Positions 9,740-19,088 of a DNA stretch of 64,000 nt are shown here, piece after piece. The notes beneath the pieces were generated by a model. It had not been told where the DNA came from. It searched no databases and saw only the letters and a program-made list of their open reading frames with translations. Position numbers and translations under genes: made by a program. Origin of the DNA: a virus. How positions within the stretch are numbered: position 1 is the first letter of the stretch; every line of letters starts with the position of its first letter. The stretch spans positions 1 through 64,000 of IMG/VR virus record IMGVR_UViG_3300009085_000003. One strand, written 5' to 3'.

Positions 9740-9785
9740 TTGACAAATCCCTGTAAAGTGCTATAATCATAGTGTAATACAGTGT
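9740..9785 (+). promoter_or_regulatory. promoter, copy 2 of duplicated promoter/leader
   Basis: TTGACA-16nt-TATAAT. Confidence 0.8.
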
Positions 9786-9820
9786 TCAACAAACAGGTTC
9801 AAACAGAGAGAGGACAAGCT

Positions 9821-10981
9821 ATGAATCCTAACACACCAGAATTGGTCAACTCAGGGTCGCTCAACGAGGATACGCTGACAGGCTCTTATATCGTAATTGT
9901 CGAGTGGGACGGCAGGCGCCCTCCAACCAAGTGGTACAACCGCCTCGCGTCAATTGGTCTGTTCGTGCGTGGTTCCGACGCCGCTAAGGAAACATCTCCA
10001 ATTGCGCGACGCTATCAATGCAGTGGTAGCCACAGCCGGGCGGTCATCGTCCAAGAGGGTATGATTATCACTCCAGATGAGCACACCGCTCACCTAGTAT
10101 TCGGATGGGCGCACCAGATGGGTGCCCGGCACGTCAGCATCGGGACTGCCCAGTTTGCCAACCACTACGCCTCTGAGATGGACATGGATGTCATCAAGAA
10201 ATTCGAGACACAGTTCGGGCTCAACAAACGCGGTCGTACACAGCAACCAGATAAAGAAATCACCACAGCGGTGGTAGTCTGTGAAACCTGCGGACACACC
10301 GAGCAGCGCAAAGCGCCATCCAGCCGCGGTCGCCAAACTGTCAACTGCGCCAGCTGCCACAGCAGCAACGTAACCGTGCGGCTTGGAAAAAAGCACACAG
10401 TGCGATTCCCCTCCAGCGAGAACGCGAGCCGGTTTGAAATGTGGGCTCGTCAGTACCTATGGGCACAGTCAATCCCGCTCAAAGACGCACCCGCCTATGA
10501 GGGCTGTAACATCGCTGAGCCTACCGCCCGAGCTTACGACTTTGACGCGAAACTATCACGCTGCGCGACTGTGGCTGAGGTTGAGGGGCAGATGGGGCAC
10601 GAGGTCTCTATCGTACGAACAGTCATGGAACAGTGGAAAGACAGCTCGCAGTTTACCCAGACCGAGTACAACGCAGTCGCGTCCTTGGTCTTTTGGTACG
10701 CCCATAGTCGGGTGGCAGAGATGGAGAGGGCTAAGCAGGTTGCCGATAAAGTTGAGCACTGGTGGGACGCTGAACAAGCACGCCGTATCGATGGCGCCCG
10801 GATATATTATCTGCTGGCAACCAAGCCCGCTGACATCCAGTTATCGGTCAGAGCCCGCAAAAGGTGGTTTGCCTTCGATATCATCGATATCCTGCCGACC
10901 GTTGCCAAAATCAGCCTGACCCACATCTCGACCGAATCTGCCGATAAAATCATCCGCTCGCTGGTTGAATCAGTCAAGTAA
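9821..10981 (+). CDS. hypothetical protein with possible Cas2/VapD-like N-terminus and zinc ribbon
   Basis: YIVIVEWD...KWYNRL...VQEGMII; CETC...CASC. Confidence 0.65.
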   Translation: MNPNTPELVNSGSLNEDTLTGSYIVIVEWDGRRPPTKWYNRLASIGLFVRGSDAAKETSPIARRYQCSGSHSRAVIVQEGMIITPDEHTAHLVFGWAHQMGARHVSIGTAQFANHYASEMDMDVIKKFETQFGLNKRGRTQQPDKEITTAVVVCETCGHTEQRKAPSSRGRQTVNCASCHSSNVTVRLGKKHTVRFPSSENASRFEMWARQYLWAQSIPLKDAPAYEGCNIAEPTARAYDFDAKLSRCATVAEVEGQMGHEVSIVRTVMEQWKDSSQFTQTEYNAVASLVFWYAHSRVAEMERAKQVADKVEHWWDAEQARRIDGARIYYLLATKPADIQLSVRARKRWFAFDIIDILPTVAKISLTHISTESADKIIRSLVESVK

Positions 10982-10997
10982 ACCGCTCAGGTCACAC

Positions 10998-11030
10998 AAA
11001 AAACCGCCCCGGACTGGGGCGGTTTTCTTT
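10998..11030. terminator. bidirectional intrinsic terminator
   Basis: AAAACCGCCCC/GGGGCGGTTTT between convergent genes. Confidence 0.85.
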
Positions 11031-11043
11031 AATACATTCTGTT

Positions 11044-11379
11044 TTATTGGTTAGAGATAGCCTTGGCAATCTCGACCACCTTGTCAACTTTGTGGGCTGT
11101 CTGGCTTCCAAGCCACACCATGACCACGTACAAGACGGGTCTGAAATAGACATCGATGGCTGCCACCAAGTCTGGGAACTGTAACAGCCACGTGGCTAGA
11201 ACACCCAGAACAGCAGAGAGTCCAAGGATTATCAATGTCTTGAGCTTGCTCGATAGAGCCTCCCACTTGGGTACGCCCTCAAGACCCCACGCAATTGCCC
11301 AGCTTATCAGCAGGAAAGCCCCGCCGCCTGTGCCTGTCAACCATTTCAGGACTTCACTTAGATTCGTAGCTGTTTCCAT
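11044..11379 (-). CDS. holin-like membrane protein
   Basis: Three hydrophobic segments; lysis cassette position. Confidence 0.65.
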   Translation of the reverse strand: METATNLSEVLKWLTGTGGGAFLLISWAIAWGLEGVPKWEALSSKLKTLIILGLSAVLGVLATWLLQFPDLVAAIDVYFRPVLYVVMVWLGSQTAHKVDKVVEIAKAISNQ

Positions 11380-11399
11380 ATCGTCACTCCTTAAGGTTA

Positions 11400-11672
11400 T
11401 TATACGCCTTTTTTCTTGCGATAGGCTTTACATCTTACCCGGTTATGGATAATCTCAACCGACTCATAATCGGGGTAGTTTCGCTCCATATAGCGCCGGA
11501 TAGCATCACGGGATATGCCCAGCCGGTGCTCGAGGTCTTTTTGCAGGATATCTCCGGGCTGCATACGTTGTGTGGCGAACCCTCTGGTCATCTCCTCGAG
11601 CAACTTCTCGTAAGTTACAGCCGGACTATCGTCGGCTGGGGCAGTTTGTACAGTTTTCGACTCAGTTGCCAT
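11400..11672 (-). CDS. small HTH protein
   Basis: QKDLEHRLGISRDAIRRYM. Confidence 0.55.
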   Translation of the reverse strand: MATESKTVQTAPADDSPAVTYEKLLEEMTRGFATQRMQPGDILQKDLEHRLGISRDAIRRYMERNYPDYESVEIIHNRVRCKAYRKKKGV

Positions 11673-12469
11673 TCTCCACCTCGCGTCCGAATCACGACCC
11701 CACCGATATGGGGCATCCTGATGCGGTCAGATTTATACACAAAAGGCGTCTTGAGCTGCCAGCCGGGTGTAATGACACACAGCCGGTCGCTATCGCCCTC
11801 GCGTGCCAGCGGCACTGTTAGGTACCTGTGCCGATGGGAACGAATGATAATGTCCGGCAGCTTGGCGCCCCACTGCGACGCTTCGACCATGGCGGCGTCC
11901 AGCTCCCGCTTGGGGGCACTGGTCTCGTATCCAGACGATGACGAGTTGCCAATGTGGTGGGAGGCGTGCATCAGAACGTTGTCAGGCGTCTCCATCCATA
12001 ACTCCCACCGGGCGCAGTTACCAGTGGCATCATCTTTGAGAGCACCAATATCCGCAGCAATGCGCTCGGTAGATTGCTCTCCAATACCACCATGAGCCTC
12101 TGTGCCCCTAACAACAAAACACTGGTCGAAACCAGCTGCTTTTATCATGGGTTTTATGACATTGACCGCGGCAATCTCTTGTGACTGTACCGAAGGAACT
12201 ATATCGACCGCCTCGTGGTGATTGCCGTCTATAATGTCTCCGTTGAGTATCAACGCTGTTTTTTTCGCGGTTTGTAAAAGTGGGGGTAGATACTCAGACC
12301 AGAAGTTAACCCAGAATCCCCAGACCATCAACTGAAAGGCAGACGGCATAATGCGCCCGCCCGTATCTGTCTGAATTCCATCTGCTGGGCACAACCCTAA
12401 ATAGCTGCCCACATGCAAGTCGCTTAGAACAACGACTGCGGAGTCATGTATGTAATTAGTTTTTGGCAT
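11615..12469 (-). CDS. calcineurin-like metallophosphoesterase
   Basis: SDLHVG, NGDIIDG, GTEAH, SHRH; start moved to ATG 12469. Confidence 0.85.
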   Translation of the reverse strand: MPKTNYIHDSAVVVLSDLHVGSYLGLCPADGIQTDTGGRIMPSAFQLMVWGFWVNFWSEYLPPLLQTAKKTALILNGDIIDGNHHEAVDIVPSVQSQEIAAVNVIKPMIKAAGFDQCFVVRGTEAHGGIGEQSTERIAADIGALKDDATGNCARWELWMETPDNVLMHASHHIGNSSSSGYETSAPKRELDAAMVEASQWGAKLPDIIIRSHRHRYLTVPLAREGDSDRLCVITPGWQLKTPFVYKSDRIRMPHIGGVVIRTRGGEWQLSRKLYKLPQPTIVRL

Positions 12470-13163
12470 ATGTTTTTGGTTTGGTGTGCGTGAAATTTGA
12501 ATGAATGTCAGCCATACTGCAAATGCCAATCGATATACGACTGGCAACGGATTTGAGATTTTCAATCTCGGCTTTGGTGTAGTCACGGTGATTTTCTGTT
12601 GACACCGAGAATGCCCCGATAAGGTGACCAGATAGGTTAAACAACCCACACAATACCAGTGTGCTGACGTTATGGGTGTCCATACTGCCGTTTAAGGGGC
12701 TGGTCGCCGCCTTGTCGCTATTGTGTACAATTACAATCTTATTTTTGGCTAAATCGACCACAACGTCGGCAAAGAGACTCAGGGGAATGTCTTTATACGT
12801 GTTAGCGTCCGGCACCATGCCGGTCGTTACATACTGGTGCGTAGCGGTCATTTTTAGGAAAGGCACGCCAGCAAAACTCACAACACCATTATGAAATTGA
12901 AACAAGGTGGAATATTTCGCGCCGTACTTCACGGCTGTCTCGGCAAGGGCGGTATCGATTTGGGAATCGATTTTTGCCAGCTGCTCTAGTATAACGGAGC
13001 CATCATATGGATAGTCAGTGGTGCGACGCCGCCTTTTGTCGCGCTCCTGCATATCCTTAACCCATGGTATGAACCACACCAAGAGCATCAAAATCAACAT
13101 CACGAGAGATATCCCGTGATTTTCTACCAACTGTAATATTTTTTCAAAGGTTGTTAAATCCAT
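12456..13163 (-). CDS. single-TM protein with GAF-like domain (holin-like)
   Basis: N-terminal TM, LFQFHNG, GHLIGAFSV...IENLKSVASRI; adjacent to endolysin. Confidence 0.55.
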   Translation of the reverse strand: MDLTTFEKILQLVENHGISLVMLILMLLVWFIPWVKDMQERDKRRRRTTDYPYDGSVILEQLAKIDSQIDTALAETAVKYGAKYSTLFQFHNGVVSFAGVPFLKMTATHQYVTTGMVPDANTYKDIPLSLFADVVVDLAKNKIVIVHNSDKAATSPLNGSMDTHNVSTLVLCGLFNLSGHLIGAFSVSTENHRDYTKAEIENLKSVASRISIGICSMADIHSNFTHTKPKTYAKN

Positions 13164-13205
13164 GCGCGTCTCCTGTATCTCGTTGTTTAAGATGTTGACT
13201 TACAC

Positions 13206-14102
13206 TCACACGCGCACAGTATATTTTAGGTTAATCCACCCAGTCCCTCCATTATACATGATTTTTCCCCAATATAGATTGGATATCTCCAGAATAGTCA
13301 CTACCTGCCCGGCAAGCACATAGCCGCGTACCGGAGAATACATCGTGGCGCTTAGGCGAACAGTAAGCACTGCGGTGTTGATTTTGACGTCGTAGGGCAA
13401 ACCGGTTGCCGGTGGTTCGATGACGATGGGTGGCGGATTGGCTGGCACACTATTATCATTCAGGAACTTTTTCCACGATGCCTCGTCGCCATACCACAGA
13501 TTCATGTCAACCGCGGTAGGCACCCCATACACCGACCCAGCCTCAGTCCACTGCCATATCCAGTATGAGCTCCACCCGCTGGGGAGCCTTGGATAGTCGA
13601 CCCGGTAGTTTGCGACCCAGAGACCATATTTTTTGGTTAGGTTACTGTTCTTGGGTAGGTGCGTGTTCCAATATCCCATCGACGTGTAAATCCATGGAAT
13701 GCGACCGGTCTTTTGCTGGATAAACGACAGGCAGGTATCAAGCAGCTGGCTGAGCTTGTACGGTTCGGGCTCAACAACATCGCCTAGCCACTCGACATCC
13801 AGAATCGGGGGTAAATCGGGGAAACTTCCCACTTTGTTCAGAAAAGTTCGCGCCTGTTTTATTGGGTCAATACGGCAGTCAAAAAAGTGATATGCCCCGC
13901 GGGGTATCCCGACATCTTTCATGCCAGCCCAGTTGTAGTTAAACCGACTGTCCCAAAAGTAATCTCCCTGCGTTGCCTTGGCAATACCAAAGCGTATCGC
14001 GGGTATCTGGTTGGCGGCAACTTTGCTCCAGTCAATCACACCATCGTGGTGTGATACGTCGATGCCGCTAATTTTATCAATCAAGATTGCTGATGATGGC
14101 AT
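13206..14102 (-). CDS. endolysin, GH25 muramidase plus C-terminal SH3b
   Basis: GIDVSHH, KATQG, GAYHF, LDVE, IWQW, VDMN; GWINLKY SH3-like end. Confidence 0.92.
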   Translation of the reverse strand: MPSSAILIDKISGIDVSHHDGVIDWSKVAANQIPAIRFGIAKATQGDYFWDSRFNYNWAGMKDVGIPRGAYHFFDCRIDPIKQARTFLNKVGSFPDLPPILDVEWLGDVVEPEPYKLSQLLDTCLSFIQQKTGRIPWIYTSMGYWNTHLPKNSNLTKKYGLWVANYRVDYPRLPSGWSSYWIWQWTEAGSVYGVPTAVDMNLWYGDEASWKKFLNDNSVPANPPPIVIEPPATGLPYDVKINTAVLTVRLSATMYSPVRGYVLAGQVVTILEISNLYWGKIMYNGGTGWINLKYTVRV

Positions 14103-14124
14103 GGTGCTCTCCTTTTAAGTCAAG

Positions 14125-14349
14125 TCATTTCTGTGGCTCTGGTGGACGAGGGATTTTGTTAACAGAGACGTCCAAGACTGGCGGCGTCTCTGGGTCGAGA
14201 CGCGCGGTAATCTTATTGATAATCGACGCCATCAACACCACTGGTTTAGCACCAACTACGGTGATGCTTCCACATAGCTCAAGTAGGGCTCGGTACTCCT
14301 CTTGGGTAAAGATATCAATTGCTGGTGATTCGGATTTCGCGCTCATCAT
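14125..14349 (-). CDS. small hypothetical protein
   Basis: AAGGAG RBS before ATG 14349. Confidence 0.55.
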   Translation of the reverse strand: MMSAKSESPAIDIFTQEEYRALLELCGSITVVGAKPVVLMASIINKITARLDPETPPVLDVSVNKIPRPPEPQK

Positions 14350-14412
14350 ATATCTCCTTATGGATAGTTTATTTGACACCATTATTATACACGATTGCCA
14401 CGCTCTCGACAC

Positions 14413-17400
14413 TCATGCGAGAGCAGTCAAGCCTTTGTTCTCTAGCACTACAAGTATCGCGTTAATAGCTGCCCGCGACTGAGAATCCACGGTGGCGCCA
14501 CCTGACGGGTCGGCGATATGTGCCGCTTGAACTACGGGAGTTGCGTTGTGAAACGCGACCTTCTGTGCGGCGGCTGAGCCTATTTTTAATCCAGTGGTGG
14601 TATCCGTGATAATGCTTGTGGCATTGGCTGTTATTGTGCCAGCAAATGTAACGTTCTTGGTGGACTCAATCCGCATTGCCTCTACTGCGGTTGCAGACCC
14701 CACCGGAGTTGTTGCGAATGTCATATATGAAGATGCATCACCGGAGCCCCACGCGGCAGCTGAATACACCCTTATCCTACCCGATGCAGCTGTAGTTGAG
14801 CCGGTCGTGATTGCTCTAAAATCTAGCACCCCTATCCTTTTGTCGGCTGCGCTCGGAGTGATATCCCCTTCCACCGCAAGAACACCCCCAGAGGCAGCCC
14901 CCTCCGCAGAGCTGTTATGAATGAATATTCCGTGTCCGCCCGTAATACAATTAACCGATATTGCCTGCTGCGAAGTCCCTGCCGTGACTTGTAACACGCC
15001 AAGTTCTGAGCTTGTTGCTGCCGGAGCCGCTCCAATGCCAATGTTGTTATTTCCGGCATCAAACACAAGCAGGTTCGCGTTGGTGTCGCCCTCGTAAGTG
15101 ATATTAAAATCCCCGCCAGTATCATTGATGATAATATCTGTTGTGGGCTGCAAGGGCATCGCCCCAGCCGCTACGGGGAGGGTGCTCCAAGAGGGAGTGG
15201 CGTCGCCGCGCAAGAACTTTGCCGTGTCGGATGGAGAGGCTGGGCATAGCCCTGCCGCAGCACCCACATTCGGCAATATCCCGGCAGCCTGCGCCCCCGT
15301 TAGACCGGCGATATTTCCACCTGTGATGCGACCGACTATGCGCTGTTGTAATATCTCGATAGGGTTCACCCCACCATCAGTCCCAGCCGCCCGGCACACT
15401 AGGTAGTTCGCAGTTATATTCGCCAGTTTTGACCACGACAGAGCAGCGTCTGCGATAGTCAGCGACAGTGCCCCAGTTGCCAATGTTGCGGTGATACCAC
15501 CAGAGCCAGACACAGTGAGTTGTTGAGTAACACCATCACTGCCAGCCGCCCGACCTAGTATTCTTTGGTCGGTGGTATTGGCAATTTTTGCCAATGTAAT
15601 CGCCGAGTCCGCAATTGAGGCGGTAAGCGCCCCGGTCGCCAATGTCAAACCTACTCCGCCGGTACCAGTAACAGTAAGAGCCTGTGGCACGCCATCAGTT
15701 CCAGCTGCCCGACCGATGATTCTCTGGTCGGTCAGGTTTGCCATCTTCGCAAGCGTAATAGAGCCATCTGCCACAGTCGCCGAGACCGTGAGCCATGTAC
15801 CCACGCCGCTCAAAAACTTAGCAGCATCGTTCGGCAAAATCGGACACAGCCCATGGGCAGTGATACTGACATTGAGGTCAGTATTATTGTCCGGTGTTCC
15901 GAGGTCATCCAACTTAAGCGCCGTTTTATTGGTAGCGTTTGTTAAGTCTCGGTCAGTGGCATGATAATGCAGGGCGGAATCCCCGCCATCCGTTAAGTCG
16001 GTGTGCTGGGTAACTGTGAGGTGGTAATATGAGCCTGCGGAGCCGCCCTGTAAACTAGCCAGTGAGTTGTGGTCTATACTGCCGCCAGTTCCTACAACGG
16101 AGGTCAGAGAGATGTTGAGTTGTACTGGGATGCGAGTGAGGCGGCACTTACCCTTGGTGCCAAGAGCTGCGTTCGTGCCCCATGTAAATTGGTATGCAGC
16201 AACACACTCAGCAATAGGAAATCCGGTAAAGTCAAACGTATTAATGTCCTCGGCATAGGCTGCGTTCGCGTTGGCAAACTCGCCACGCCCGTGGATAATG
16301 ACAAACCGGGCAGCACCCGTCAGGTTGGTGAACAACAGATAGGTGTTATAGTAATCGCCGTTTTGCCCCTCGGTCATAGCTCCGGCATTATCATACTGGA
16401 TATATCCGGCGGCAGTATAACGGAACGGGACTGCCGAATATTCCCACGTCCATGACCCACCAGAGCGGTAGAAAATCACATAGTCGCTTCCGGCACCGCT
16501 GGGGTCAGCCAGAGCCGCAAGCGTATGGAACAAGTCCTCGTCAGCAATCTCAGCCTCAGTAAGACTAAACGTATTGTCATCATCGGTCGACCCACCGACC
16601 GTATAGTCACCGGGCTCTCCGCCAGACACGTGCATGGTACCCTCGGTGTAGTGATGGATACGATGCCACCGCCTGTCTACGAGAACGGTATGTCGCTCAT
16701 CCATCAGCCAGTATTTTGGCGTATTGCTCGCGTTCCAAATGATGATAGCCACCGGCACCTTGGTATCGTTCAGCGTCCACGAACTTGTGGACGAGCTTAG
16801 CGTGCCATCTACAGCATCTATATAAATGAAGTAAGTCCCAGCGGCAGGCGGCGCCCCCAGCGAAACAGTCTTGTTTCCAGCAATGGTGTACTTGACACCG
16901 GCGCGATAATAAGACCAACTGGCGCCCACTGATGTGAGAGTGAACAGATAGGTACCATCGTTGTAAGATAGGCTTGTCTCAACGTTATTATCAAGGAACC
17001 CAAAACGATACACGTCGTTTGAGAACGACGAGAGCGCAAAGTCAGATGCATGGAACCCATCCAACAGGTCAGCATTGAGATTCGGGTTCATGGTAATACT
17101 TGTGACCAATATGGGCACCGTTCCAGTTGGAACCAGAGACTGCAACGCCCCGTTCGAGTAAAGTCCACCGGTTGTGTTCGTAGCGGGGGCGGCAGCTCCC
17201 AGTGCACCGTCCGCAGTATCGTCAGTGTATGTGGTAGTGGTATTATCATTAATGGTGGTGACCAGCAAATAGTTACCGGCTCCGCCAACCACGGTACGAT
17301 AAATCTTACGCCCAGTAACGGTAGGAGCCCCCACTGGGATATCCGTCAAAGTGATTTTATTATTACCGCCAGTAGTAACCGAACCAATCTCCCCGGCAGT

Positions 17401-17634
17401 GGTCTCTCCACCCAGCAAATCGGTGAAAGTTACCACATAGTTATAAAGCCCAGTTCCGGGATTGCCCGCGACGCCTGAGTCGGTCGCCGTCAATGCATAC
17501 CGGGGCGGTACCAATGGGCGTATTTTCTGGGTGCCATGGGATAGAGGAGCGGTCATTCCAGCCGACAAAATATTGAGCTTGCGTTGCAGTTCATATATCT
17601 TAGCGGCTAAAATTGAGGTTTCGCTTATCATCAC
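14413..17634 (-). CDS. tail fibre / receptor-binding protein
   Basis: NADLLDGFHASDF fibre motif, ~50-aa ITLAKxAN repeats, Gly/Thr/Ala-rich, distal to tape measure. Confidence 0.85.
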   Translation of the reverse strand: MMISETSILAAKIYELQRKLNILSAGMTAPLSHGTQKIRPLVPPRYALTATDSGVAGNPGTGLYNYVVTFTDLLGGETTAGEIGSVTTGGNNKITLTDIPVGAPTVTGRKIYRTVVGGAGNYLLVTTINDNTTTTYTDDTADGALGAAAPATNTTGGLYSNGALQSLVPTGTVPILVTSITMNPNLNADLLDGFHASDFALSSFSNDVYRFGFLDNNVETSLSYNDGTYLFTLTSVGASWSYYRAGVKYTIAGNKTVSLGAPPAAGTYFIYIDAVDGTLSSSTSSWTLNDTKVPVAIIIWNASNTPKYWLMDERHTVLVDRRWHRIHHYTEGTMHVSGGEPGDYTVGGSTDDDNTFSLTEAEIADEDLFHTLAALADPSGAGSDYVIFYRSGGSWTWEYSAVPFRYTAAGYIQYDNAGAMTEGQNGDYYNTYLLFTNLTGAARFVIIHGRGEFANANAAYAEDINTFDFTGFPIAECVAAYQFTWGTNAALGTKGKCRLTRIPVQLNISLTSVVGTGGSIDHNSLASLQGGSAGSYYHLTVTQHTDLTDGGDSALHYHATDRDLTNATNKTALKLDDLGTPDNNTDLNVSITAHGLCPILPNDAAKFLSGVGTWLTVSATVADGSITLAKMANLTDQRIIGRAAGTDGVPQALTVTGTGGVGLTLATGALTASIADSAITLAKIANTTDQRILGRAAGSDGVTQQLTVSGSGGITATLATGALSLTIADAALSWSKLANITANYLVCRAAGTDGGVNPIEILQQRIVGRITGGNIAGLTGAQAAGILPNVGAAAGLCPASPSDTAKFLRGDATPSWSTLPVAAGAMPLQPTTDIIINDTGGDFNITYEGDTNANLLVFDAGNNNIGIGAAPAATSSELGVLQVTAGTSQQAISVNCITGGHGIFIHNSSAEGAASGGVLAVEGDITPSAADKRIGVLDFRAITTGSTTAASGRIRVYSAAAWGSGDASSYMTFATTPVGSATAVEAMRIESTKNVTFAGTITANATSIITDTTTGLKIGSAAAQKVAFHNATPVVQAAHIADPSGGATVDSQSRAAINAILVVLENKGLTALA

Positions 17635-19073
17635 AAATACTCCTGCGATACTGCGGTCAGCTCGATTGATTCTCTGCCGCCCTCATATGTAATATGGACA
17701 CCGCTGACGTGGCAATCGTATACCTTGCCTTTGTATCCAACTGTAATGATATCCCCATAATTGAAATCAATTCCATATCGAGCGTTCGGGCTGTCGACGA
17801 TTTTCGCCTGAAACGTGATGCGCGGGCGATAGCGTCTGAGATTATCATTCGCTGCGTTCTGGAGGTTCGTGATGTCTCCAACGCCACCCACATTCAGATA
17901 AGCCTCCTTGCGACCAAAGATGCTCATGTTAGACAGCTCCTCGTCCTCTGCCTCGGTCAGCATCTTTACATCCGCCTCCCCCTCTCCGCTGACATAGACC
18001 ACAGTAGCCATATCAGCATAGTTGTATAGCAATGTCGGCTCGAACACATTTCCAAAGGTGTCGGCAATCTTGAGATTGGCGCCGCTAGTCTTGCCCCGGT
18101 CTACACCGCGTTGATTGACATAAGTCATAAACTTAAAGGTTTTTTCAGTTGGGTTAATCACGTCAAAGGCTAGGTAACAACGTTTCGTCGGGTCAGTGGG
18201 TAGGAACTGGCTGTTGGCTGCTGACGCAACCTGATTCAGCGCCTCGACCACATTCAGGTATGCGAGCTTCATGTCAACATACGCTAGGCTGGCAGAGATA
18301 TCTGCATCGACCGACAATGGGTTGAACCGCTTGTAGTTCGAGATAAGGTTCCGTTTCAGGAATCCCACCATCACATGATGCACGGTGGTGGCGGCAATCG
18401 TTGCTGTCACGGTAATGGTACCGCCCAACCCAGAGCCGCCATCAGCTACAATCGCCTTGGCTCCAATAGTGGTGTAATCCGCAGTGTGTGCCACCAGCGA
18501 TGCGTGTTCGCTGTCTTTATAGATACTGATAGAGTAGTTCGGGTCTGAATAGTTAATGACGATGTACAGCATTCCGCTGTCTGTGTTCGTATCGTCCACG
18601 CCCGTAATATTTTCGTACCCATCCAGCTGGTTATAGTCATCATGACTTTCCGATATACCAAACTGCTGTCGGACAATCGATTTCATGACGTCATCAGCAT
18701 ATCCGTATTTTAGAGACCGGTCACTCTCGTCATTCGAGTTAACGATATGCGTGGACAGAATATAATTATTATCATAGCAAGCCAGCCGGATACTTTGTTT
18801 CAGGGCGGAGTCAGTCGAAAACGCGGGCGCCTCAATAAACCACTGCGTAGCACCCTCAATATATCCGGGATACCCATCTACCGTTCGTATCAGCAAGATA
18901 CGATAGTCTCGTTTTATCAAAGACGGGTCAAACACTGGTGGCAGCACGGCTTCCAGACTACCGACTTGATTCTCTGCACGCGAAAACTCCAGCCGCGATA
19001 GGTCATTCAGAGACACGTCGGTAATCCGGTTGCCGAAAGAATCGAGAAATCTGAGCCTGTAATTAACTGCCAC
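17631..19073 (-). CDS. minor tail protein (ReqiPepy6 Gp37-like hub)
   Basis: Position after distal tail gene; VYVSGEGE...GRKE...YGIDFNYGDIITV. Confidence 0.8.
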   Translation of the reverse strand: MAVNYRLRFLDSFGNRITDVSLNDLSRLEFSRAENQVGSLEAVLPPVFDPSLIKRDYRILLIRTVDGYPGYIEGATQWFIEAPAFSTDSALKQSIRLACYDNNYILSTHIVNSNDESDRSLKYGYADDVMKSIVRQQFGISESHDDYNQLDGYENITGVDDTNTDSGMLYIVINYSDPNYSISIYKDSEHASLVAHTADYTTIGAKAIVADGGSGLGGTITVTATIAATTVHHVMVGFLKRNLISNYKRFNPLSVDADISASLAYVDMKLAYLNVVEALNQVASAANSQFLPTDPTKRCYLAFDVINPTEKTFKFMTYVNQRGVDRGKTSGANLKIADTFGNVFEPTLLYNYADMATVVYVSGEGEADVKMLTEAEDEELSNMSIFGRKEAYLNVGGVGDITNLQNAANDNLRRYRPRITFQAKIVDSPNARYGIDFNYGDIITVGYKGKVYDCHVSGVHITYEGGRESIELTAVSQEYL

Positions 19074-19088
19074 TCATATCACCTAGCC

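Noticed and set aside
11615-12649. Long start of the phosphoesterase ORF
   Set aside because: Would overlap the upstream gene by ~190 nt; ATG 12469 fits better.
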